From contig JAYRJB010000008.1 of NCBI GenBank assembly GCA_041906505.1, positions 136,053 through 200,052 of the forward strand: a stretch of 64,000 bases of DNA. The letters are read 5' to 3'. The stretch is from Candidatus Saccharimonadales bacterium. Its GTDB lineage: Bacteria; Patescibacteriota; Saccharimonadia; Saccharimonadales; 2-12-FULL-41-12. Positions within the stretch are counted from its first letter, which is position 1, and each line of letters opens with the position of its first letter. The translations under genes and the position numbers were made by a program. This document shows, one piece after another, positions 56,935-64,000 of this stretch. The notes beneath the pieces were generated by a model. It ran no database searches and was not told the DNA's origin. It saw only the letters and a list, made by a program, of their open reading frames with translations.

Positions 56935-57821
56935 CGCCTAACAACACCTTTAGCTTTGCGATTACGCTTTCTTTTTGGTAGACTTCTGGCCTTTTTCATC
57001 GGCTTTTTCCGCTGGGGAGATTGTGGCGGTGCATCCGGTATTTCGCTCATTATGGCTGACACGTTGGCGAGATCATCTTCCTCTAGATCCATCACTTCTT
57101 TCTTTTCTTCTTCCTTCGGCACTTTAGAAACTTCACCAAGACGCGTTTCCTCGTCTCGAATAATGTTTCCATCATTCATATAAAGAACTCTTGTTGCATA
57201 TCGAGTCAATTCGGGGTTATGCGTCACCATCAATATTGTGTTGCCCATTTGATGTATCTCGCGCAAGAGCTCCATGACCAATCTCGAGGAAAGACTATCG
57301 AGGTTTCCAGTTGGTTCATCAGCAATAATTACTTGGGGACCGTTAATGAGCGCTCGAGCAATCACCGCTCTTTGAAACTGCCCCCCACTAAGCTGTCTTG
57401 GGAAAAAATAGGCTCGGTTTGCAAGTCCAACTCTATCCAGCATTTCAAACGCCAAACGGTTTCTTCTCGTCAGCGACTTGCCGCGGTAGGCAAGGGGCAA
57501 GGCAACATTCTCGAGCACGCTTAAGCCAGGCAAGAGGCTGGGAGACTGGAACACAAAGCCAATTTTGTCTCGTCTGGCTTTGGCTCGGGCATTGGAACGA
57601 AGCTTCTCTACCGAGCGACCATCAAGCCTATATATACCGTGAGTGGGTCTATCGAGCAAACCGATCGTATTCATAAGTGTTGATTTTCCAGAGCCGCTAG
57701 GGCCCATGATCGCAACAAACTCACCCTTGTTCACTTCAAGAGTTACGTCTTCAAGCGCGATGGTAGTTGCGTCGCCGAAGCCGTATAGTTTTGATACGTC
57801 TTTAAGTTGAATTGTAGCCAT
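56931..57821 (-). CDS. ABC transporter ATP-binding protein (MacB/LolD-like) with basic C-terminal extension
   Basis: Walker A GPSGSGKST, signature LSGGQFQR and Walker B IIADEPT. Lys/Arg-rich tail of about 70 aa. 4-nt overlap with the permease gene. Confidence 0.9.
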   Translation of the reverse strand: MATIQLKDVSKLYGFGDATTIALEDVTLEVNKGEFVAIMGPSGSGKSTLMNTIGLLDRPTHGIYRLDGRSVEKLRSNARAKARRDKIGFVFQSPSLLPGLSVLENVALPLAYRGKSLTRRNRLAFEMLDRVGLANRAYFFPRQLSGGQFQRAVIARALINGPQVIIADEPTGNLDSLSSRLVMELLREIHQMGNTILMVTHNPELTRYATRVLYMNDGNIIRDEETRLGEVSKVPKEEEKKEVMDLEEDDLANVSAIMSEIPDAPPQSPQRKKPMKKARSLPKRKRNRKAKGVVRR

Positions 57822-58092
57822 AATTTTTGATTTATCTGCTACTTACTAGTCTACGCTGATTCGAACACCTCTCGCAAGAAGATAATGTGGTAATTTTTAT
57901 CCGTTTATGGTTTTGTAATATTTTGAGATCCCACCTGTTCTTATGCGATTCTTGGGTTATAAAAATAAAGAATTGTAAACCAAGACCAGTCTGTTTACAA
58001 TTTTTAGAGGAGAAGCGTCGATAAGCTCAGTATGTTTTGGCTTGCATGAAATATCAGCCAAAACGAACGAGCTTTTTAGATTGCTCCGACGA

Positions 58093-58184
58093 GGAGAGGT
58101 GTCCGAGTGGTTGAAGGAGCACGCTTGGAAAGCGTGTGTGCGTAGCAATACGTACCGAGGGTTCGAATCCCTCTCTCTCCGCCA
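58093..58184 (+). tRNA. tRNA-Ser (anticodon GGA), long variable arm, CCA encoded
   Basis: GGAGAGGTGTCCGAGTGGTTGAAGGAGCACGCTTGGAAAGCGTG...GAGGGTTCGAATCCCTCTCTCTCCGCCA. Anticodon stem is CACGC/GCGTG with loop TTGGAAA. Confidence 0.9.
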
Positions 58185-58248
58185 AAAAATTGAATTGCTG
58201 GATTGCCTCAAAGACAAGCGTTTAGAGTTTGCCTACAAATTTCGAATT

Positions 58249-58977
58249 TTATTTTCGGTAGCGAGCCACAAAGTTTTGCAAGATAACGGGCGGGAAGCTG
58301 ACAACCTCTTTCTTCACCGTCTCAATAAGTTTATCTGCCTCTTCTGGAGGAAAATAGCCGGCATGACGGTAGACATTAATTCTCAAGATAATTCCGTCGG
58401 TATCGAGCTCGGGGTGAAACTGCGTCGCATAAATATTATTTTTAATTCGAATCATCTGTACGGGGCAGTTCTTTGACCCAGCAAGCAATGTTGCATTGTG
58501 GGGAAGGGTCTGGCAAGCTTCTTTGTGTCCACCAAATGCCCGAAATTCTGAAGGTAGATTTTTTAATAGTGGGTCGCCGTTACCGTCTTGGGTTCGTACA
58601 ATCGTTGCAGCACCGACATCTTCACTATACTGCTCCTTTGACACCACAGCCCGCTGGTGTGCTATCAGCGCCCCAAAACCATAACACGCCCCCAAAAACG
58701 GAATGTCGTACTCAACGATTTTATCAAGCAACGAGAATATGCCTTGCTCTACTTGAATAGCCTGTTTAGATTTTTGTGCATCGCTTATGTTGAGGGGGCC
58801 ACCGCCAACAATGACGCCAGCGTAGTTGCCAAGATCAATATCCTCAACAGCCTCTCTATCGGCTTGTGCTCTGTGAATATCATCACCAGATAATTGGCCA
58901 AATTTCAAAAACGCCTCGAGCTCGTTGTCAGCAGCCTCGTCTTCTGGTCGAACTTGAACAATCAGTATCTTTTTCAT
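58249..58977 (-). CDS. class I glutamine amidotransferase (GATase1, GuaA-like stand-alone)
   Basis: Nucleophile elbow FLGACYGFG and the His/Glu pair in ATQFHPELD. Confidence 0.8.
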   Translation of the reverse strand: MKKILIVQVRPEDEAADNELEAFLKFGQLSGDDIHRAQADREAVEDIDLGNYAGVIVGGGPLNISDAQKSKQAIQVEQGIFSLLDKIVEYDIPFLGACYGFGALIAHQRAVVSKEQYSEDVGAATIVRTQDGNGDPLLKNLPSEFRAFGGHKEACQTLPHNATLLAGSKNCPVQMIRIKNNIYATQFHPELDTDGIILRINVYRHAGYFPPEEADKLIETVKKEVVSFPPVILQNFVARYRK

Positions 58978-58998
58978 ACAACAATCTCCAAAAGGTGG

Positions 58999-59706
58999 CT
59001 AGCGTATTGTCGTGCCGACTTCGCCTCCAGACACCGCCCGGGAAATTGCGCCCTCTTGCATTGCGTTAAAGATGATAAGCTTCATTCCTTGTTCCATGGC
59101 GAGACCCATCGCAGCTTTATCCATTACTTTAATGTTCGAATCCTCAACCGCCTGTTGGTAGGTGAGCGCTTCGAAACGCTTGGCCTCTGAGTATTTCTTT
59201 GGGTCCTTATCGTATACTCCGTCGACTTTTGTTGCCTTGAGAACCACCTCGCAGTCTAGTTCGAGTGCAAGAGATACCGCTGCTGTGTCGGTAGTCATGT
59301 ATGGCCTGCCAGTTCCTCCTGCAGCAATCACGACTCGACCTTTTTCCAAATGTTTATTAGCGAGGCGATATACAAACGGCTCAGCAACCTGCTGCGCAAA
59401 AATACTACTAAGACAGCGAGTTTTTACGCCCTCGTTTTCAAATATATCTGTCAGTGCGAGCGCATTGATTAAAGTTGCCAACATGCCCATCTGGTCAGCA
59501 GTGACCCGACGAATGCCATGTCCCGCAGTTTGAGCGCCACGAACAAAATTTCCGCCACCGATCATTATCAAAACCTCAGCGCCGGCTTCGGCAACTTTTT
59601 TTACTTCGTGAGCAAAGTATTTGGCACGCTCTGGGTCAATACCATTGTCATATTTTCCGGCAAGCTGTTCGCCCGACAGCTTTAACAGTACTCGTTTATA
59701 AGGCAT
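58999..59706 (-). CDS. pyrH: UMP kinase
   Basis: YKRVLLKLSGE, MIGGGNFVRG and GTGRPYMTTDTAAVSLALE. I prefer the ATG at 59706, since the track start at 59802 adds a non-homologous 32 aa. Confidence 0.9.
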   Translation of the reverse strand: MPYKRVLLKLSGEQLAGKYDNGIDPERAKYFAHEVKKVAEAGAEVLIMIGGGNFVRGAQTAGHGIRRVTADQMGMLATLINALALTDIFENEGVKTRCLSSIFAQQVAEPFVYRLANKHLEKGRVVIAAGGTGRPYMTTDTAAVSLALELDCEVVLKATKVDGVYDKDPKKYSEAKRFEALTYQQAVEDSNIKVMDKAAMGLAMEQGMKLIIFNAMQEGAISRAVSGGEVGTTIR

Positions 59707-59770
59707 ATCTAACGGGTTAGTGTAGCAAACCCAGTATCGTGCTACAATCGCAGCAAAGAGGTGAGAGCTA

Positions 59771-60565
59771 ATGAAAATATACTCCTGGAACGTTAATGGC
59801 ATTCGGGCAGTTCACAACAAAGGGCTGTTTTTACCATTTATTAGCGATCATCAGCCAGATATTTTGTGCTTGCAAGAAACCAAAGCCCTTGCAGACCAAT
59901 CAGAAGTGGACCTGCCAGACTATATTGAATATTGGAACAGCGCCGAAAAGCGCGGCTATTCTGGAACGGCCATATTTACAAAAATAAAGCCCCTGTCCGT
60001 GATCAACGATTTTCCAGAGTCAATCACAAAAAAATACGGAGACATGGGCGATTCATACGGCGACCCAACCAAGGAAGGGCGAATCATTGCTGCCGAATTT
60101 CCCAACTTTTATGTTGTAAGTGTGTACACTCCTAACTCAAAAGGTGACTTGGGCCGCCTTAAGCTGCGGCATGAGGCTTGGGACAAGGCCTTCCTAGACT
60201 ACATGAAGCAACTCGAACAAAAAAAGCCGGTTATTTTCATGGGAGATCTGAATGTTGCGCACACCGAAGACGACCTTGCAAACCCAAAACCCAACGTAGG
60301 AAAGCATGGCTTTACCAAAGAGGAACGGGAGGGGTTCCAAAACCTTATTGATACTGGGTTTGTCGATACCTTTCGGCAATTTACTAAAGGTAACGGTCAC
60401 TACACCTGGTGGACCCACTGGGCGAATGCCAGGGCTCGGAACGTTGGTTGGCGCATAGATTACGTTATGGTGTCAAAATCAATCAAAGATAACATCAAGT
60501 CTGCTCAAATCCACCCAAATGTGATGGGGTCAGACCACTGCCCAGTCAGCATCGAACTCTCCTAG
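59771..60565 (+). CDS. xth: exodeoxyribonuclease III
   Basis: MKIYSWNVNGIRA, LCLQETK, GDLNVAH, and the C-terminal SDHCPVSIEL. Confidence 0.9.
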   Translation: MKIYSWNVNGIRAVHNKGLFLPFISDHQPDILCLQETKALADQSEVDLPDYIEYWNSAEKRGYSGTAIFTKIKPLSVINDFPESITKKYGDMGDSYGDPTKEGRIIAAEFPNFYVVSVYTPNSKGDLGRLKLRHEAWDKAFLDYMKQLEQKKPVIFMGDLNVAHTEDDLANPKPNVGKHGFTKEEREGFQNLIDTGFVDTFRQFTKGNGHYTWWTHWANARARNVGWRIDYVMVSKSIKDNIKSAQIHPNVMGSDHCPVSIELS

Positions 60566-60623
60566 ATTTGTTTTTAGAGTGAACACAGTTTTAGAGTAGT
60601 AAATATAATCCATCATCAGAATT

Positions 60624-60663
60624 AGTACTACATTATTAAGCGATCGCTTAATAATGTAGTACT
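60624..60663. repeat. copy C of the palindromic element: perfect 40-bp palindrome, followed by a T-run
   Basis: AGTACTACATTATTAAGCGA|TCGCTTAATAATGTAGTACT is a perfect inverted repeat centred on GCGATCGC. It sits between convergent xth and the secreted-protein gene, and TTTTT follows. Confidence 0.85.
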
Positions 60664-60750
60664 TTTTGCCAAAGCATCTAGCTTTACTCGCAAAAAAGAA
60701 AAGACCTCGCCCACCCATGGGAGAGGTCTTTGTTAAAAACTGGTCTTTTG

Positions 60751-61854
60751 CTATCGGCTAGGGGCCTGTGTTCCTCCTTGACGCGTCGATGAGCTGTTGT
60801 TCTTCTTCAGATCAACACCTTGCTTCGTTTCGACTTTTTTTGCTTGAGCCGTTCCTTTGTAACTCTTCTTTACTTCGGCGCGGACTGCTTCTTTGACCTT
60901 CTTGGACGCCTCATACATTTGCTTTATCTGGGCTTTGGTAGCCTTAAGGTTGCCAACTTTAGTTGCAAAGTAAGCTTTTGTAGCAGCCGGGCTTGCAGTT
61001 GATGGAATTTGGTTAATTTCGTCAATGGTTATCGCCTTAAGTACACCATTGGTTGTGTCGAGACTTTTCAGTACTGGCGTGACGTCGGGCAGATTCTTCA
61101 CTTGTGCCATCGCCGCTTTGTTGGCTACTTGATTAGCCTTAGTCAATACCGAAAGCTTGGTCGCAACTTGGTTGCTTACATCGACAAGCGCAAGGTTTAG
61201 GTATGAGTTGTCAATACTCTGCTGGTTGAGCCAACGCTGCCACTGATAGGTCTGCATTCTCGTTTTCCAAACTGCAGCACAGGCTGCTTCGGCGGCCTTT
61301 TGCTGTGAGTCTGCAGCTTTTAAATCAGCCTGGCTTTTTGTAAGTACAGTTTTTGCATTTGCTACTACGGCCTTCATGTCTTTCTTGTCGGTTTCGAGTC
61401 GAGTGACATAGTTTGAAACGTCGACAGTTGCTGGAGCAGCGACACCACCTGTTGGCTGAGGAACTTTGGCTGTTTCTTGTTTGATCAGCTTATCGGCTTC
61501 GGCTTTATGCTTGTTAAGTGCATCAATTTTAACTTTATAAAATTTTTCTATTGATACATCGTTACCAAACTTACTGCCTTCACCCGATTTGCTTTTGAAA
61601 TTAATACTACTAAGACGTCCCTTGATTCGGTTTTCGCCATATGCCTTAATTTTTTCGAGTGACGCGGTTTGCACGCCAGCAACGCAGTCGGCCTCACTTT
61701 TGAATGTTACTGAAATCCCTTGATCGGTCGAACTTGGGGCAGCAGTGCCGCCAGTTGTAGCCGCGCGAACAGTTACTGGAACCGCCAAAACGGACAAAGA
61801 AAATACCGTGCCTATACCAAATAAACTAATTTGCTTTAAGTGATTCTTATTCAT
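60751..61854 (-). CDS. secreted helical/coiled-coil hypothetical protein
   Basis: ATG at 61854 (MNKNHLKQISLFGIGTVFSLSVLAVPVTVRA, a signal peptide) overlaps the upstream stop in ATGAATAA. Ala/Lys/Gln-rich helical body. Confidence 0.5.
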   Translation of the reverse strand: MNKNHLKQISLFGIGTVFSLSVLAVPVTVRAATTGGTAAPSSTDQGISVTFKSEADCVAGVQTASLEKIKAYGENRIKGRLSSINFKSKSGEGSKFGNDVSIEKFYKVKIDALNKHKAEADKLIKQETAKVPQPTGGVAAPATVDVSNYVTRLETDKKDMKAVVANAKTVLTKSQADLKAADSQQKAAEAACAAVWKTRMQTYQWQRWLNQQSIDNSYLNLALVDVSNQVATKLSVLTKANQVANKAAMAQVKNLPDVTPVLKSLDTTNGVLKAITIDEINQIPSTASPAATKAYFATKVGNLKATKAQIKQMYEASKKVKEAVRAEVKKSYKGTAQAKKVETKQGVDLKKNNSSSTRQGGTQAPSR

Positions 61855-62137
61855 TGCTGGCCTCCGAAGCGTTTGTCGACGCGTCACTTTGTGCACTTAC
61901 GTCTTTATCTGAATTTTCGATACTCTTTTCGAGTGCTTTCGAGCTATCGTCGTATGACTTGTCAGAATCTTCGTCTGATGCAGCCTTTTGAGTTGTTGCA
62001 ACGCTATCACTTTTGTTGTTTTGGCTCGTTACGCGATACGCCGCAAAGCCCGCCACCCCAATAACGACAAGGGCAACTAGGATTAATCCAAGATGGGCAA
62101 CACCATGCTCAGAGTTTACTAATTTGCTTTTTGACAT
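61847..62137 (-). CDS. small membrane-anchored acidic protein
   Basis: N-terminal TM (LGLILVALVVIGVAGFAAY) followed by a Ser/Asp/Glu-rich tail. Translationally coupled to the downstream gene. Confidence 0.45.
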   Translation of the reverse strand: MSKSKLVNSEHGVAHLGLILVALVVIGVAGFAAYRVTSQNNKSDSVATTQKAASDEDSDKSYDDSSKALEKSIENSDKDVSAQSDASTNASEASNE

Positions 62138-62230
62138 CTTTAACCTTTTTATTTTTTAGTTTTTTAACTACTAGCTCTGATGGTACCATAAGCCGCTTAT
62201 GCGTCAACCCCTCTTATCCACATCTTATGC

Positions 62231-62260
62231 TTGCCATGTAAGGGGATCTTAGGGTATCAT
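62231..62260 (+). promoter_or_regulatory. candidate promoter for the aromatic leader/DAHP synthase transcript
   Basis: TTGCCA (62231-62236), 18-nt spacer, TATCAT (62255-62260). The leader ATG lies 10 nt downstream. Confidence 0.4.
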
Positions 62261-62270
62261 CACCAAAGTC

Positions 62271-62345
62271 ATGAGTAACGCATACTACAGTTTCTTTTGG
62301 TTTACGAGCCCAAAGCGAGGCGGTAGTAGTTCGTTTGATCAATAA
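62271..62345 (+). CDS. 24-aa candidate attenuation leader peptide rich in aromatic codons
   Basis: My own translation is MSNAYYSFFWFTSPKRGGSSSFDQ*. Residues 5-11 are Y-Y-S-F-F-W-F. Located between the promoter-like element and a terminator upstream of DAHP synthase. Confidence 0.55.
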   Translation: MSNAYYSFFWFTSPKRGGSSSFDQ

Positions 62346-62367
62346 ATAACTAAGAAAACGACCCATA

Positions 62368-62392
62368 CACCGCCTTAAGCAGGCGGTTTTTT
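62368..62392 (+). terminator. intrinsic terminator (attenuator) upstream of DAHP synthase
   Basis: ACCGCCT-TAAGC-AGGCGGT is a 7-bp stem (62369-62375 with 62381-87) followed by TTTTT. AGGAGGA SD and ATG 62414 lie just downstream. Confidence 0.65.
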
Positions 62393-62413
62393 ATTATCTT
62401 TGCAGGAGGAGTG

Positions 62414-63646
62414 ATGTCACCAGAATCAATAGCACAATCAGACCCAATACGTGAGGCCGAACGAATAAAGGAGGCTCTCTTGAGCATTCAGCAGAGCGCT
62501 GCTGAGGTTGCCGAGCAAGCCGAACTACAGCTTCTTGAAAACGTTCGAGAACAGCTTGGCTATAAACCAACCACAAAAATAAGCGAAGACGATATTGTTG
62601 ATACCAGAATCGCGGGGAAAACCCCGGTCCTCACACCAAGAGCACTGGCTCAAGTTTTGCCGGTTACCGAAGAAAGTGCAAACACCACCCACAAAAGTCG
62701 TTCTTCTATTGAAGCCATACTTTCGAGTAAAGACGATCGCTTGGTGGCGATTGTGGGACCATGTTCGATTCACGATGCCAAAAGTGCTCTGGAATACGCT
62801 GACTGGCTTAATGGACAGCGCGAACAACACAAAGATAGCCTTGAAATCGTCATGCGGGCTTACATGGCAAAGCCAAGAACCGAACTTGGCTGGAAGGGCT
62901 TTGAATACGACCCTAGACTAGATGACTCAAACGATATTAACCTCGGAATGGTTTTGTCCAGAATGTTGTCGTGCCAAATTACAAATCAAGGCATGCCGAT
63001 CGCCATGGAGCGATTAAATGCTAATACGCCACAATACTTTAATGGGCTTGTTGCGTACGATGCGATTGGAGCCAGAAATACCACAGATCAGAAGGCACGG
63101 GAATACGCTTCTGGTACGTCCTCTCCTGTTGGCTTCAAAAACACTCCCGAAGGCAGCATCCAGGCAGCCGCCGAAGCGGTAGTAACTGCCAACGCACCAC
63201 ATGACTTTTTGGGCATGAATATCCAAGGTACTCCGATGCATGTGACGACTACAGGAAATGCTCTGGCTCATATTGTTCTTCGGGGCAGCCAAGAAGGACC
63301 AAATTATTTTCCCGCGCACGTCAATGTCGCAAAAAACATTCTTCGTGACAAAAACTTGCTCGAAGCCATACTAATTGACGCTTCGCACGCAAATAGCAGT
63401 AAGGATTTCCGAAAACAAGCTGAAGTGATTAGCAACGTTTCACAGCAAATTGCGCTCGGGGAACTAGCGATCAAGGGTGTAATGATCGAGAGTAATCTCG
63501 TAGAGGGATCTCAATCGCTCAATAGCCAAAAAGGCCTGGTTTACGGCCAAAGCATAACAGATGGGTGTGTTGGCCTTGAGGAGACAGAAAAGATGCTAAA
63601 CCTGCTATCCAACGCAGTAGATCTCCGTAGGCTTTCGGTGTCTTAA
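62414..63646 (+). CDS. aroG: 3-deoxy-7-phosphoheptulonate (DAHP) synthase, class I (AroF/G/H type) with N-terminal extension
   Basis: DDRLVAIVGPCSIHD, RAYMAKPRTELGWKG and IDASHANS match type I-alpha DAHPS. About 55 extra N-terminal residues relative to my recollection of E. coli AroG. Confidence 0.85.
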   Translation: MSPESIAQSDPIREAERIKEALLSIQQSAAEVAEQAELQLLENVREQLGYKPTTKISEDDIVDTRIAGKTPVLTPRALAQVLPVTEESANTTHKSRSSIEAILSSKDDRLVAIVGPCSIHDAKSALEYADWLNGQREQHKDSLEIVMRAYMAKPRTELGWKGFEYDPRLDDSNDINLGMVLSRMLSCQITNQGMPIAMERLNANTPQYFNGLVAYDAIGARNTTDQKAREYASGTSSPVGFKNTPEGSIQAAAEAVVTANAPHDFLGMNIQGTPMHVTTTGNALAHIVLRGSQEGPNYFPAHVNVAKNILRDKNLLEAILIDASHANSSKDFRKQAEVISNVSQQIALGELAIKGVMIESNLVEGSQSLNSQKGLVYGQSITDGCVGLEETEKMLNLLSNAVDLRRLSVS

Positions 63647-63665
63647 GAGGGTATAATTTGTTCGT

Positions 63666-64000
63666 ATGAGTGATCAAAAAAAATTTACTCGTGACGAACA
63701 CACCATCAATGAGCACAGATGGAGGACTGCAGACGGCCACCACAATATATATGTACAGGAGTGGGGAAATAATAAAGGAACCCCAATTATCTTCTTGCAC
63801 GGTGGACCTGGAGCTGGTCTGTCCAACAAGCACAGAGACCATTTTGACCCCAAAAAACACTACGTGATTTTTTTCGACCAACGCGGCGCAGGCAATAGCA
63901 CCCCAAAAGGGTCAACCCAGCACAACACCACCGACCACTTAATAGATGATATTGAGCTTATCCGTTCAAAGCTCGGACTTGAAAAATTTGCCCTTTACGG
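63666..64000 (+). CDS. pip: proline iminopeptidase (alpha/beta hydrolase), 3' end truncated by window edge
   Basis: My own translation is MSDQKKFTRDEHT...NIYVQEWGNNKGTPIIFLHGGPGAG...VIFFDQRGAGNSTP. The HGGPG and DQRGxGxS motifs are diagnostic. It is absent from the ORF track because no stop codon occurs before the window end. Confidence 0.8.
   Translation, partial: MSDQKKFTRDEHTINEHRWRTADGHHNIYVQEWGNNKGTPIIFLHGGPGAGLSNKHRDHFDPKKHYVIFFDQRGAGNSTPKGSTQHNTTDHLIDDIELIRSKLGLEKFALY

Noticed and set aside
57957-58476. ORFs 57957-58217 (-) and 58042-58476 (+).
   Set aside because: Both run across the tRNA-Ser gene (58093-58184), and the plus ORF is antisense to the GATase gene. Both are spurious.
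63519-63881. ORFs 63519-63881 (-) and 63670-63867 (+) at the window end.
   Set aside because: The third plus frame starting at 63666 encodes a proline iminopeptidase with HGGPG and DQRGAGNS motifs and runs off the window. The listed ORFs are out-of-frame or antisense shadows.

Overview
Densely coding bacterial chromosomal window of about 64 kb. It has very short or overlapping gene junctions, many small membrane or hypothetical ORFs, a sortase, a phosphoketolase/acetate kinase pair, and few biosynthetic genes. By inference only, this looks like a reduced-genome Patescibacteria/CPR organism of the Saccharibacteria type. Recognisable content, in order along the window:
- A GT2 synthase/sortase/polysaccharide-deacetylase envelope cluster.
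- rarA and an SDR oxidoreductase.
- tRNA-Gln followed by a block of unknown genes.
- xfp-ackA, an FHA protein, a VanY-type peptidase, tsaC and trehalase.
- A UvrD-type helicase-nuclease and an aquaporin.
- A complete F1Fo ATP synthase operon (atpZ-like, atpBEFHAG, one extra ORF, atpDC).
- A HAD hydrolase, a glutaredoxin, a PaaX/Cas2-fold protein, a CobO-like adenosyltransferase, a thermonuclease, and a GT2 plus GH-A-like hydrolase pair.
- smpB, an HNH protein and an interrupted tRNA-Asn.
- An ~8 kb mixed bag of small accessory genes.
- A Nudix-metallophosphatase fusion, tgt, an RND pump, a MacB-type ABC pair and tRNA-Ser.
- A GATase, pyrH, xth, two secreted proteins, DAHP synthase and a truncated proline iminopeptidase.
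No rRNA, CRISPR array, integrase or transposase was seen. Items most worth follow-up:
1. tRNA-Asn(GUU) split by a 228-nt group I-like intron, next to an HNH gene.
2. A translationally coupled operon of a 62-aa LPNTG-only mini-protein, a sortase and a processive GT2 synthase, opposite a CBM-bearing deacetylase.
3. A 40-bp palindrome family (3 copies) that tightly brackets the PaaX/Cas2-fold gene.
4. A leader peptide rich in Tyr/Phe/Trp with terminator/antiterminator pairing upstream of DAHP synthase.
5. An unknown 155-aa ORF coupled inside the atp operon between gamma and beta.
All functional calls rest on motifs read by eye from the ORF translations. No database search was run.
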